The notes: generated by a model from the letters alone, not told the origin. DNA of 62,428 nucleotides, filler included, from Sphacelaria rigidula (GCA_964200075.2; 8 parts of 8 records of this genome joined end to end with filler, not necessarily neighbours in it), one strand, 5' to 3'; shown: positions 20,788 through 32,396, counted from the whole stretch's first letter. Program-made: numbers and translations.

Positions 20788-23350
20788 GTGTCCGAGGAGC
20801 GTGATGAGGCGGTGGAACGCTTGGTGGGGCGCGGCCCCGATATGTTTATGGAGCCGGAGGAAGAAGAGTCCGCGCGAAAGGCTGCGCTTGAGGAAAGCGT
20901 GACGGATGCGGTGGAAAATGGCCTCGGAGTCTCAAAAGCGGAGCGCTTGCGTGGTATACTGTATAGCCACGTTAACGCGTTTCGCCGTGCGCTGAGGGGT
21001 GATCCCCCTGCGCGCGTGGAACCCGTGAGGGTTACCCTGAAGCGAGGGGCGGCCGCGGTGAAGGCGAAACCGAGGAGGTATGATCCGGTAAAGTCCCGTT
21101 GGCTAGCTTCTTGCATGGGAGCCCTTATGGCGTTTGGGTTGGTGTTCAGAAATCTACAGGCGGTGTGGTCCAGTCCAGCGATGGTGGTGCCGAAGAAAGA
21201 CTCTTTCCGTCTTGACAGCGACTACGGAGCCGTCGATGATCAGGTAGAGAAGTCGCCGGGTGTTATGCTCAATCAGGAATCCGACATGATAGACCTCTTG
21301 ACTGCGCGATGTTTCGGTAAGTTGGGTATTGGCAGATGCCGTTGGCCAAAGAGGCGCAAGAGATTTTCACAATCGCCACTCCGCTTGGCATGTTTACCCC
21401 ACAAAGAGTACCGCAAGGCGTGTTGAATGCTACTTCCTATTTTCGAGGTGTCATGATGGACCTTTTAGGTGGCTTGAAATGCGAGATTCGGGTGGATGAT
21501 GTCTTTTTTTTCGCGGATTCGGAAGACGAACTGTTGGATACGCTTGATGCAATCTTCGCTCGCTTGGAGAATGTTGGTCTGTTTGCAGCTGCCCACAGGT
21601 GTACCTTCCTCGCTAGTGAACTAGTGTGGTGTGGGAAAGTGTACTCACACGGCCGCGTCTCGCATGACCCGGCCCGCTTGCAAGGTTTGTCAGGCATGCG
21701 GCGTCCAGAAACAGCCGCAGAACTCATGCAATTCTTGCACGCAATGAACTGGTTGCGTACCTCGTAGCCACGTATGGCTGAAGCAGTGGCGCCCTTACCC
21801 GTTTTTCTAGAAGAACTCATGGTGGGGGCAGCCAGGCGCACGAAGCGGGTGGCAAAATATCGTGTAATTTCACCCGCCTCGTGGACGGAGGACAGGCTGC
21901 GGGCATGGGCGGCAGCGAAGGATCTGGTGGCTCACGCCGTGACGCTGTTCCATCCCCGCCCCGGTTGCCAGGTGCTCATGTTTGCGAATGCACCTGAGTG
22001 TCATTGGGGTAGCTTTGTCACGCAGGTGCCTGCTGCAGAAATGCAACAACAGTTGCCGGTTGAAAACATGACGCATGAACCGCTGGCTTTTCCGAGTGGT
22101 AATTTCGAGGGTTCCTAGCTGCGTTGAGCAACCATTGACAAAGAAGGTTCCGCTATCGTGAGCACTTTTCGTCGTCTCGAGCATCTCTTGTGGAATGGCG
22201 TACACATTTTCACGGATCACCGAAACCTAGAGTACAGATTCAACCCGGAGGCATGCGTGACGTCTGTGTCGAAGGCGTTGGCACAGCGATTGGAGGGGTG
22301 GAAGGGAGTATTAGGACAGTATCGGTACACGATTTGTCATATTTCGGGTGAGAGTAACGCGTGGGGTGACTTGCTTCGCGCTGGGTAAATACTCGCACTT
22401 TGCCTGCGCGCGCTGTGGCTGTGTATGGCCCGTGCGAACCTGATGACTCGATGCCGTCCAAATCTGTTGTCCGCCAAGCGCAACGAAAAGACCTTGCGGC
22501 CGAAGATGCGGATGTGCAATCTTTCGAGTCGGACGTTGGTACTGCTATCCTGGACAATGAAGGTCTGTTTCGTGTGCATGTGCGTGGCCGAAACGTTTTG
22601 TGGATTCCGAGTTCTGACAAGCAGTTGCGGGTACGCTTGATGGTTTGTGCGCACATGCGCGATGCCGGGCATCGTGGTGTGGCTGCGACGCTCGTGCGCT
22701 TGCAAGAGTTTTGTGTCTGGCAGGGGATAGAAACTAATGTGCGCGAACTTGTCCGCCAGTGTCCTCACCGTGCTGACTCGAGGGCGGGCGATGTTGTTGC
22801 CCGCCCGCTCGGTGAAGCGGTCCGTGGGACCACGCCGAATTAAGTCATTCATTTTGACTTCTTACACGTGGGCGAGAGTGGCCCGCTAGCTTCCCAAGGT
22901 TTGTCGGAGGATGCTGGGGTCCGATACATTCTGGTTATCATGAAATATTTGAGCAATTTTGTGGCTCTGGAACCCGTAGCCGTGTGTACTGCTGAATCGA
23001 CTGCTGAGTCTTTGCTGAACCGGTGCAAAACTTTGGGGGTGCCCCGTGTGTGGGTGAGTGATACCGCCACGCATTTTAAGAATGCGATCTTGGCTAGGTT
23101 GCGAGAGGCTTTGCGCGTTGATCACCGGTTTGCGGTAGCGTATTCTCCGTGGTCGAACGGTACGTGCGAACGCATGGTAAAGGAAGTAGTTCGTGCTCTT
23201 CGCTCTATTCTTCTCGAGCAGCGTCGAGAGGTGACCGAGTGGGTGGACGTGTTGCCCGCTGTGCAATGGGCGCTAAATACAGCATATCGCCGTCGGTACG
23301 ATAGTACGCCGTATCACGTGATGTTTGGCCGTGCCCCTCGGACGTCTTTC
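20788..23350 (+). pseudogene. pol (RT, RNase H, integrase) of the gypsy element, disrupted
   Basis: Fragmented across ORFs 20788-21426, 21336-21767, 21774-22118, 22158-22388, 22400-22843 and 22868-23350 by stops and frameshifts. Confidence 0.92.
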
Positions 23351-23450
23351 NNNNNNNNNNNNNNNNNNNNNNNNNNNNNNNNNNNNNNNNNNNNTTAATT
23401 AATTAANNNNNNNNNNNNNNNNNNNNNNNNNNNNNNNNNNNNNNNNNNNN
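23351..23450. other. Artificial contig linker
   Basis: N44-TTAATTAATTAA-N44. Confidence 0.98.
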
Positions 23451-23781
23451 CCCCCCCACACACACACACACACACACCAGAAAAAGAACACAAACGTTGA
23501 CAAAATATTCCAGATACAGTGACTGTTTCACAAACAAAACTGAGAGTATCACGATGATGCTCAGACGAGAACAACACTCGAGAGCCTCACGCACAACACC
23601 GGTACACCACTAGCAGAAAAATATGACTGCGACGCCCTTAGCATGCAGTCCCATTGCTGCACAAAACGAGCTCACAATCGTTCGGCTGTCTTCCGGCCCA
23701 ACATTCGCACTACTTCCCCCACGCAAAACACGCAAAACATCAACCACTGACTCAATGACCCCTGGTTGAGCTCATTCGACA

Positions 23782-24731
23782 TCACCGACGGGAAGGCGGA
23801 CTCGAACGGTCATCATCCAGCAGACAAAACGGAGAAGAATCACAAGTGGAAGATGACGAATAGCTCCACAGCATGGAAGAACCCTTGCCCGCGCCCCTCA
23901 CTCTCGCGCCACTAGCCGCTGACCCCACAGGCACCTCATCCGTATCCGAGGGAGCGGGGCCGTCTCTGCTCCCGGACTCTGGCATTGAGAGCCAATCGAA
24001 CCGTTCCGCATCTCTTGCGATGCCGACGGCCGGGGTGGCCAGGGTCGAAGACGATCTGCGTGCTCCGCGAGAAGACGCCAAAGATCCCGACCCCGACTGG
24101 CCCGTTGTTAATCTCCGAGGGTTGCTATCCTCATCACGGTCGTTTTTCCCATGAACATCATCAACAGAATCAATATCATCACTTTCGTCGTCATTCTGAA
24201 AAAGGCTCTCGCCGGAAGCGGCAGACAGCCCGAAACGCACGCGCTCTTCGGTACCCCGATCGCTACGCTTGATAGTCGAGCACTCCCAACGCCGAGAAAT
24301 TGCACTGTTCCCGGTGTTGTTAAAATCACGATACCCATGCTCTTCAAGACGCCTCTTGGAGGCAGCACCCATGGTTACGGGTGTAGCCACGGCAATCGAC
24401 TCCGATGATGTCCCTGCAGCAGGAGCCGCATAGGCGTTGCTACTACAACTGCTACTGCTACCCTGGCTGCCGAGAATTCCCGCAGCAGGCGGCAGCGCGG
24501 CAGTCATCGGCGTTCCTGCCTCCGTAGCGAAGGTGTTATCTTCTTGTTTTTTTCCAAAAACTGCTCTGTTTTCATCAACGGGAGCTCGAGGGGTGCGAGG
24601 TCGAAGACCACCACTACCAGAGGCGGCGGAGCCCCCCCCACGCCCCCCGGCCGCGGTTACCCGCCTGCCGACCGACATACCCCCGGCACTGCTCGTGGAG
24701 GAGGTGGATCTTCCTCGAGGCGTTGGGGCAC
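23782..24731 (-). CDS. BUB1: BUB1/MadBub-like gene, most 3' exon in the contig (low-complexity, disordered)
   Basis: cctcag|gt APTPRGRSTSS... continues in frame into ORF 23782-24678. The phase-1 acceptor matches the phase-1 donor at 25525. It ends either at TGA or at a possible CG|GTGATG donor. Confidence 0.6.
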
Positions 24732-25525
24732 CTGAGGTGGATGATTTCGAGAGACATCCGGCGGCATAGGTGGGACAAGGTGAGAAAACGGGGAAATGAC
24801 GAATAGTTGAGTAGAAGCTGAGGCGCCTAAATCGGTCGCTGCGCTAGTTCGTGGACTACAAAACATTTTGCTGTTGGTTTCCTGTTCTCGACACGTGCCC
24901 GGAAGAAGCAACGTAGCAAAGAGAGGAGTATGCCATGCCGGACGACATCAACGATATCACTGTCTTCGGTTTATTGCGTTGGGAAATCTGAGATAGACGA
25001 ACTTGCTTCCCAATAACAAATAAACCCCCTCCCCGCCCACCCGTCCGCCCCTGTGGCAAAGCAATAAAGAGTATAACTCATATAGTGGGAGAATGTGAAC
25101 TAGAGAAAGGGGAACGGGATGTGCTAGAGGTGGAAATGTGGGGAGTAAACGGAGGTGGCATGAAATCGTTTGATGCATTAGACAGTAGGGAGAAAACGTT
25201 CCCTGTTCTTGGAGATAGATGGCGGCCACAGACAGCTCAACAGAAAGGGGATGAGATATGTGGAAGGTTTTCGTGCAATGTATGGAAGAAACATAATGAA
25301 CGCCTGAATGTTGGAGGTGTTTTTACCAGCAGTAGTAACCGTACTCCCTCCCGGAAGGCATGTGTGGTGAATGGTCAAATGACCAAGGTAAGTAACAAAT
25401 GAGTAACTTCCCCCCACCACCGAACCTCCACAATCTCCCATTGAACAATCGGAAGGCCAGATCCTCGCGAACATTTCAAGTCCTCCTTCAAATTGTCTGC
25501 AACTTCGACAGATTTTCAGACGCAC

Positions 25526-27069
25526 CTGAATAAGATAACATATCGCCGCATTCTCCCAGCATATAGGACCCAGAAAGTTCGCCGCCTCCTCCTCCTCCTG
25601 ACCCGTACACCGAAAAATTAGCCAGAGACGACGACACATCTAGCTCAGCGCTGCTATCCCCCTCGGGGATGCGAGACAGATCTACATTAAGATATCCTCC
25701 ATAGGAGGATTTTCGCCTCTCGATCGAACTGCGACCGTCGCCACTGGCTGGGGCGCCCGATTCTGTTTCTAAAACATCAGATGCGTTCGCATTGGTCAAG
25801 CGAGCATCTGCATCAGCATTTTCACTATTACTATTGCCACGGAAGTCGGTGAAAGGTTGGCCATTTTCATCAGCACCGCCTCCGCCGCTCTCGCTACCCC
25901 CTCCCAAGACGGAATTACCGGCATGCGCCCGTCCTTGTCCGGCGGCCAACCGCCCCCTCAGGCCAGATACTCCCCCGCCACCTCCCCCTACCGCGCCCGT
26001 TGCCATTTTCTTCCCGAGCTTACCATGCAAACCACCCCCCTGGACGTGATGCCCATCAGTATCACCCTGGCGGCGAGCAGCGGTGGCAGCGGCAACACCC
26101 TTATACGCCGAAAACTGGCGATTATCGTCATCACCATCAACAAGGTTCTCGTCATCATCCACAAACACGGCAAAATCGCCGTGTTTTCTCGCAGGGACGG
26201 CCGCCCCCAACGTCGCTACCACATGTTCACCCGACTTACCACCGCCACCGGACGCACGATGCACATCCTCATGATTCTCATCCTGATAAATCTCGGGTTC
26301 GGAGTCTTGGTATATCTCGGGTTCGGGGTCCTGGTAAATCTCAGGGTCGGGGTCCTGGTAAATCTCAGGATCGGGGTCCTGATAAATCTCAGGTTCGGGG
26401 TCTTGGTAAATCTCGGGTTCGGGGTCCTGGTAAATCTCAGGTTCAGGGTCCTGGTAAATCTTAGGTTCGGGGTCCTGGTAAAGCTCAGGTCCGCGGTCCT
26501 GGTAAATTTCTGGCTCAAGGTCCTGGTAAATCTCGGGGTCTGCGTTCCTCGCACGCCCTCCCGCGTCATGCTTAGCGAGGTTGCTGATCCCTAAGCTCCG
26601 GAGGTAGTCCCCATTCGTCACACGCGTTCGTCTAACATTCCCGCGGTCGGTCACCTGCCCACGCCGAGCCAACCCAATATCTGCTGCAGTTCCCGAGACC
26701 ATCCCGGACCTCGCGGATACGGCGGCGACAGCATCGGGGTAATTTTCATCGTCGCCGGCGGGCTCGGTCGCAGCAGTAGCGGCAACACGCGGTTGTAAGC
26801 CCCGTCTGCGGCTGCCGTTATTGATGCTGCTGCTGCTGCTGCTACTACCACTCCCGTGGATGGTGTTCCCGGGTCGATTCTGAGATGTCGAGTGTGCTTC
26901 CGCTTCAAACGCACGAGTTCGTGTGTCGCGTGGGCGTGATGAGTTCGGATCGTTATCCTCCTCGCTGTAGTCTTCCACTTCGTCGTAAAGAGCAGCGCCT
27001 GGAGGAAGACCAGGTATCTCGCGTTCTTGGAGCACCGACTCTTCTACCCCCGAGTCGCGAACGTTCCGC
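25526..27069 (-). CDS. BUB1: BUB1/MadBub-like gene, large exon with motif array
   Basis: atcag|g RNVRDSGVEESVLQERE...SYS g|gtgcgt (514 codons). Contains 11x xxPEIYQD, the ABBA motif FAVFVD, several DEN motifs and an LxxIxE motif (LSRIPE). Confidence 0.7.
26280..26543 (-). repeat. Coding minisatellite, 11 x 24 bp, encoding (P/L/R/S/A)(E/D/G)P(E/K)(I/L)YQD
   Basis: Plus-strand unit ~GTCCTGGTAAATCTC(A/G)GGTTCGGG; 264 bp = 11 exact periods. Confidence 0.95.
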
Positions 27070-27228
27070 CTGATATGTCGTCGGTAGATTCGTTCAAGAT
27101 GATGTTTGGTTTTTTGTGGGCACAGGGCTCATGCAGCACGCACGCGTGTAGTTGTACCAAGGGCTCACTTATGAAGAGATCTGAGTTCCGAACGCTTCTT
27201 AGCGTTAGTGCACGATAGAGTAATTTAA

Positions 27229-27350
27229 CCCTTTTGGAACCCATTGACGATTTTTGTGTTTGTGAATCGGCATCGTTTTCAGTCATTTTCAAGTCAAAAT
27301 GATGCCGATTCACGAAAACAAAAGTCGTCAGTGGGATGGTTCCAAAAGGG
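27229..27350. mobile_element. piggyBac-like MITE (122 bp, TTAA TSD, near-complete palindrome)
   Basis: TTAA|CCCTTTTGGAACC...GGTTCCAAAAGGG|TTAA, with inner arms GTGAATCGGCATC / GATGCCGATTCAC. Intronic. Confidence 0.85.
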
Positions 27351-27732
27351 TTAAGGCGTGTAAGATAAGCTATTTGATGAACGAAACTCGATCAGTTATT
27401 AGCCCGATATCGGAACACAAAGTGATCGGTCCATCCCACCCGAAGTAATCCCGGCGGGCGAAGATGATTACTGTAACGTTCGAACGAAGTTTATCCGAAA
27501 TGAGAAGAGCAGCACAGGCAATGCAAAATGGAACATGATAAAACAGCATCGCCAGGACAGAAAGTTGTGGAAGGGTGTACCGATGTCGCCACGACGCATA
27601 ATGTCCCGCCGATGTGCCGACACTCTTCTGCTGCTACGGTCGGTCTGTATTTGGGTCTACAGTCTGTGGGAACGTTTTGGAAGGCAGGATATCCGCTCGG
27701 GGTGACGAGGCTCGAAAAAAAAAAAAACTCAC

Positions 27733-27941
27733 GCATTAAGATTGATGGGCATGCCAATGTTCTCCTGGTTCTCATCGTTCTCATCGCCCTCTCCGCCGAA
27801 AACCTGGTGCGCGAAATCCGCGCCGCAGCGCTCCGCGGGCGGCGGCCCATTTTCGTCGCCAAACACGGGTTGTTGTCTGCGGGACGACTCTTTTTCCCGC
27901 ATAATGGAGTCTGCGATTGAGCCGTCCGGGTCTACAAAAAA
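27733..27941 (-). CDS. BUB1: BUB1/MadBub-like gene, internal exon
   Basis: ttgcag|FFVDPDGSIADS...GDENDENQENIGMPINLN gc|gtgagt. Phases fit both neighbours. Confidence 0.7.
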
Positions 27942-28152
27942 CTGCAAAAGAATGAAAAGCAGGATGCGCGCACCAGCTCCGTTGTAAGAATGAAATTGGC
28001 CAAGACTATCGAGGCATGAGAGGTGAGACATGAAAAACAACAGCATCTTAACGAACGTGTTTTTCAAAACAGGGGTTCGAAAATCGCCCCACCATTACCG
28101 TCACTGCCAATCCTTACTTGTGGTACAAATCAGGTACTGCAGGCTCTCTTAC

Positions 28153-28199
28153 CTCAAAAGGTTCCTGATCGGGTTCCGGCTCTCTCAACTCAGTAGCGC
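28153..28199 (-). CDS. BUB1: BUB1/MadBub-like gene, 47-nt exon
   Basis: gtcag|gc ATELREPEPDQEPFE|gtaaga. Splicing to the next exon creates the ABBA-like FEFFVD. Confidence 0.6.
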
Positions 28200-28234
28200 C
28201 TGACCATTTACACAAGCACAGGAAAGAAGAGGGG

Positions 28235-29138
28235 ATCGCAAGGTTGTGTTTCTTTGGGGTACGATTTGCGGGGTTTTGTGTACATGGGATGTTTGCCCGG
28301 GTATTACCCGTACCCGGTACGACAGTGAGTTCTGAAAGCCTCCCATACCGATACCCGAGAGTTCTGCAAGATCTGTACGTAGTGTTGAGCCTTATCCAGG
28401 GTACGAGGATAGTCAAGTGAGAATAACCGGTTGCTGGGGAGGGTTCACACGTCAGAAAGCTCATGAGCTGCCGAAGATTACCAAGCGAAGAGGAGGACTT
28501 TAAAATGCGCTATCCAAGAACACAAAATACGTTGTAATGCGTGACAGGGCCGCGTGCTCAGAGGACCACACCGGAATTTGAACATCCCTATGGTTGGGGT
28601 TAGGGTTGGGGTTAGGGTTGGGGTCAGAAGCGTGGTCTTTGCAGGGACTGGTCTGGCTTGTTTTTTTTCACGTCCATCCTGAGGTATTTCATACTAAGAT
28701 GTGGTCTACTAAGCACGCGGTCCTCTCACGCATTACAACGTGACCGCGGGGTCCGAGAAGTCAAAGCGCCACCTTTGGGCTACTCCGCGTACTTAGCGTC
28801 CGGCACTGTAGGGAGAGAGTATGAAAAAGGGGGCCACATAAACTAGTTCATTATTCGAATCGGTACACTAATGGGAAGCAATATTGAGGTAGTTCACGAA
28901 GTGTCCAACGTGTGGAAGGGTTCGTGTACAACCTCCATGACCTACCCGACAGGCTCTGTAAGCTATGTAGGACTTCCGAATCGGCAACCCCCGACAGTTC
29001 TTTGAGCTCTCACAGAAATACCACACCTGACCGAGCGTATCCGTACCCTACTACAGAGCGTACCCGTACTCTACTGCAGCGCGTACCCGGACCCTACTAC
29101 AGAGCGTACCCGTACCCTTCAAAACACAACCTGGCAAT
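28235..29138. mobile_element. TIR element with TACCCG-rich subterminal repeats, hosting a nested family C MITE
   Basis: Left ATCGCAAGGTTGTGTTTCTTTGGGGTACG pairs with right CGTACCCTTCAAAACACAACCTGGCAAT. A 23-bp tandem (GAGCGTACCCGTACCCTACTACA, ~3.7 copies) lies at ~29033-29118. Confidence 0.65.
28533..28737. mobile_element. MITE family C, second copy (TGTA...TACA, ACGT flanks, TTAGGG/TTGGGG core)
   Basis: ACGT|TGTAATGCGTGACAGGGCCGCGTGCT...AGCACGCGGTCCTCTCACGCATTACA|ACGT, with core GGTTGGGGTTAGGGTTGGGGTTAGGGTTGGGG. Confidence 0.8.
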
Positions 29139-29316
29139 TTCGTGCCGATGCAGATTGTCACTAGGAACACACGCAGACATACCATGGAGTATGACACACA
29201 TCTGCGGTGATGGACGTCAGCAATCCTTCCTGCGGGTCTTCCCCATGGACCGTATCGCAGGCAAAACAAGTCTTACTTTTCATCTCGTTTGTTCAATCTA
29301 GAAAACTACATCTTAC

Positions 29317-29431
29317 CTTGCGGGCCCTGATCGACCGTCCCGACATCATTTATCGCCTCGGTGTCGAACCAAGAATCCATATCTTGCATGGCCAAGCGCG
29401 TGTTAATCGTCATCTCTTCTTCATCTTCCGC
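29317..29431 (-). CDS. BUB1: BUB1/MadBub-like gene, CD1-motif exon
   Basis: ggcag|AEDEEEMTINTRLAMQDMDSWFDTEAINDVGTVDQGPQ g|gtaaga. TINTRLAMQDMDSWF matches the Bub1 CD1 (Mad1-binding) pattern T[IV][NH]T+xA....xxF. Confidence 0.75.
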
Positions 29432-30126
29432 CTGCCGAGAAAAAAAAAAGAAAAGAGAAAAATGACGATGCGCAGGAAGGACGTGTAAAACGACTTGAAT
29501 CAAATTACTTTTACTTAATCATGACAGATGAAAAATGTCCAAGACAAAATGTACACCGACACGGAATTAGAAACTGCAGTTTGTAAAGCACAAGCAACAG
29601 CTACAGCAGCGGCAGCAAAAAAAAATGAATGGATCTAGAAAAATAAGCTGAACGTGTATCCGGAGGAGGAAAATAAAAGGGAGCGTAACACAAGAGGAGG
29701 ATTTTCCGCGTGTAATTCTTCACTATATAACCATAATCGTTTTTTCATCTTCGTCTTTCGATCCATCACTGTTTTCCTTCCTACTTTAGACTCTTCTCCT
29801 TCTTCATGCAGTTTTCGATAAGCAGTCACAAGTGTTCGTTCATCTTGCTCTTACGTACAACCTTTTTCCCTCCCCACTTTGGATTTTCCTCATTCCTCGG
29901 AGCCGCTCTGTGGTCTAAAGAGGAATCAACTCATCTCTCCCCGAGTGCTCCTGCTCTTTTGTTATAATCTCGGGCTTCAGGAAAAACGTGCATATTTTTT
30001 TTCGAATTATCGAGAGCCTCCAACTTGAGGGAGAGCTCATGACCTGCAGTCACGAGGGCCCGTTGTTCCCCTCATCACGTCGGCGATATATCCCGCATAG
30101 TAACTACGGCATTTGCTCTGTCTCAC

Positions 30127-30234
30127 CATTATATCTCGCGATACTGGTCGACATGGTCGACTTGGCACCGGTGGAGGAACAGCAGGAATCATAGCAGCTC
30201 TTGCTCGAGGAGCAGGAACCTCCGGTTCATGAGC
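30127..30234 (-). CDS. BUB1: BUB1/MadBub-like gene, most 5' candidate exon in the contig
   Basis: ttgcag|AHEPEVPAPRARAAMIPAVPPPVPSRPCRPVSRDIM|gtgaga; phase 0 joins the CD1 exon. Confidence 0.5.
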
Positions 30235-30302
30235 CTGCAAGAAATGTCAACCCACAAGTGTCATAGTTCAGTGTATGTGTGCCATATTGTACGTGTCATA
30301 GT

Positions 30303-30307
<5 letters not shown>

Positions 30308-30356
<49 letters not shown>
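30308..30356. repeat. (GT)n microsatellite
   Basis: ~24 GT units. Confidence 0.95.
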
Positions 30357-30357
<1 letters not shown>

Positions 30358-31166
30358 ATAACGTGAGTACAGGTCAGTTATTTTCGATGTTTAATCGTAA
30401 CAAAATCATTCTGTCCCGCAACCATCCACCATTTTGAGTGATGAGTGCGCGCCGAGTTTCAACAAGACCCCACGCGGCGGCCGGGTAGGCGGGGCTGTCA
30501 CATATTTTTTCATCCATTCATGGGTGAGTACTTATCGCTCCATCTCGAATATCGAACGAAATAGCTTCCAAGTGCCTCAGGTGTGCTATTTTATTTGCAA
30601 GACTCGAACGATATTTTCGCACAATTTCACCAATATTTTGTTCAGACTACCAAGGCCAGCAACCTCGCTATTCCATGACCACCTCCAAGCCGAATAGCAA
30701 GAAAAAGGGAATATATAGATGTATACCGTTTCCATTGTTGAAGCCAACATATCTCCATCGCTAAATCTACACAAACCGGATGATGATGGCAAAAGGACGA
30801 ATTTCACGGCACATTTTTTGTTTGAACCCCTCCGTGTAGAACCATCGGTTCATGCGTGAAAATCCAGTGTGTGAAAAGACTCAGATCTCAAATTCCTATC
30901 AAGAGGACCTGAAGACATGCGTGAAAAAAAATAGATAAAACCGACCGACTGCGGGAGTGTCAATTTTCTTTGACAAAATCTTTTTTTTCATGAACCGGGG
31001 ATGGTGACGGGTCGACCCCTCGAGACTCCCGGCTCTTCTACAAGACGGAGACGGTGAATGAAATCATCACCAAGAAAAAAAGAAAAAAAAGGGAGAAAAA
31101 AAAGAGAAAAAAAAGGAGCAAAAAAAAAAAAGAGCAGAGGGAAAAAGAAACGCCACCCGTCCAGGC

Positions 31167-31266
31167 NNNNNNNNNNNNNNNNNNNNNNNNNNNNNNNNNN
31201 NNNNNNNNNNTTAATTAATTAANNNNNNNNNNNNNNNNNNNNNNNNNNNNNNNNNNNNNNNNNNNN
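31167..31266. other. Artificial contig linker
   Basis: N44-TTAATTAATTAA-N44. Confidence 0.98.
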
Positions 31267-31392
31267 CGGGTGATAGAGCATGAAATTATCTCTCTTTCGA
31301 TACCCTGAGCGTTGTTTGACGTGCCATGGGTCCCAAGATAAGAGTTTTTCCCGCCAGGTACCTTAAGCGTATCTTAATTGGTACATTTCCCT

Positions 31393-31502
31393 CTAATAAT
31401 GATAGTAGTCATCATCATGATAATAACAATGATAATAATGATAATAATGATGATAATGATGATAATCAAAGTAATCATAATAACATACTAGTGATGATGA
31501 TG

Positions 31503-31548
<46 letters not shown>

Positions 31549-31747
31549 GTATGATAATAATAATAATAAGTATGATAATGATAATAATAAGGAGGATAAT
31601 GATGATGATGATGATAATGATAAAAAAAAAATGATAACGATAATAAAAATAACAATAATGATGATAATAATAATAAACAAAATAATAGTAATGATAATAA
31701 TAATGATAATAATGAGAATAATTATAATGATAATGATAATAATAATG

Positions 31748-31779
<32 letters not shown>

Positions 31780-32104
31780 AATGATGATAATAATAATGAT
31801 AATAATAATAATGATGATGATGATGATGATAATAGTAATAATAAATAGTAATAATAATAATATGAATATGAATATGAATATGAATAATAATAATAGGAAT
31901 ATATGAATAATAGGAATAATAAAAATGATACTAATGATAATGATAATGATAATAATAATGATAATGATAATAATAATGATAATATGAATATGAATATGAA
32001 TAATAATAATATGAATAATAATAATAATGATAGTAATAATCATGATAATGATGATAATAATGATAATAATAATAATAATAATTATGATAATGATAATAAT
32101 CATG

Positions 32105-32136
<32 letters not shown>

Positions 32137-32396
32137 TATGATAATGATAATAATAATAATAATAATAATCACAATATGAATAATATGAATATTATGAATA
32201 ATATGAATAATAATAATATGAATAATATGAATAATAATAATATGAATAATAATAATATGAATAATAATATGAATAATAATAATATGAATAATATGAATAA
32301 TATGAATAATAATATAAATAATATGAATAATAATATAAATAATATGAATAATAATATGAATAATATGAATAATAATAATAATATGAATAATAATAT
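31393..32396. repeat. ~1-kb compound (AAT/GAT/ATGAAT)n microsatellite
   Basis: Almost pure AAT, GAT and AATATG units; the source of the spurious poly-Ile/poly-Asn ORFs. Confidence 0.97.

Larger units (their letters stand above)
18983..23350 (+). mobile_element. Ty3/gypsy LTR retrotransposon, degenerate gag-pol, 3' end cut by the contig end
   Basis: Domain order is gag (zinc knuckle CFQCGQVGPIARNC), protease (VLDSGA), RT (WSSPAMVVPK, YWQMPL, FT...G.F...RVPQGVLNA, RVDD), RNase H (FTDHRNL, HISGESNAWGDLL), then integrase (H..AGH...C, SDTATHF, YSPWSNGTCER). RT-RH-IN is the gypsy order. Multiple in-frame stops and frameshifts. LTRs cannot be delimited. Confidence 0.95.

Noticed and set aside
25178-25525. 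Frameshifted continuation of the BUB1-like exon (LQTI*/FEGGLEMF...)
   Set aside because: A strong CAG|GTGCGT donor at 25525 joins in phase to 24731, and the downstream sequence contains a family E repeat, so it is intron.
26280-26543. CRISPR-like regular array
   Set aside because: Head-to-tail 24-nt units with no unique spacers, lying in frame inside a eukaryotic exon; no cas genes.
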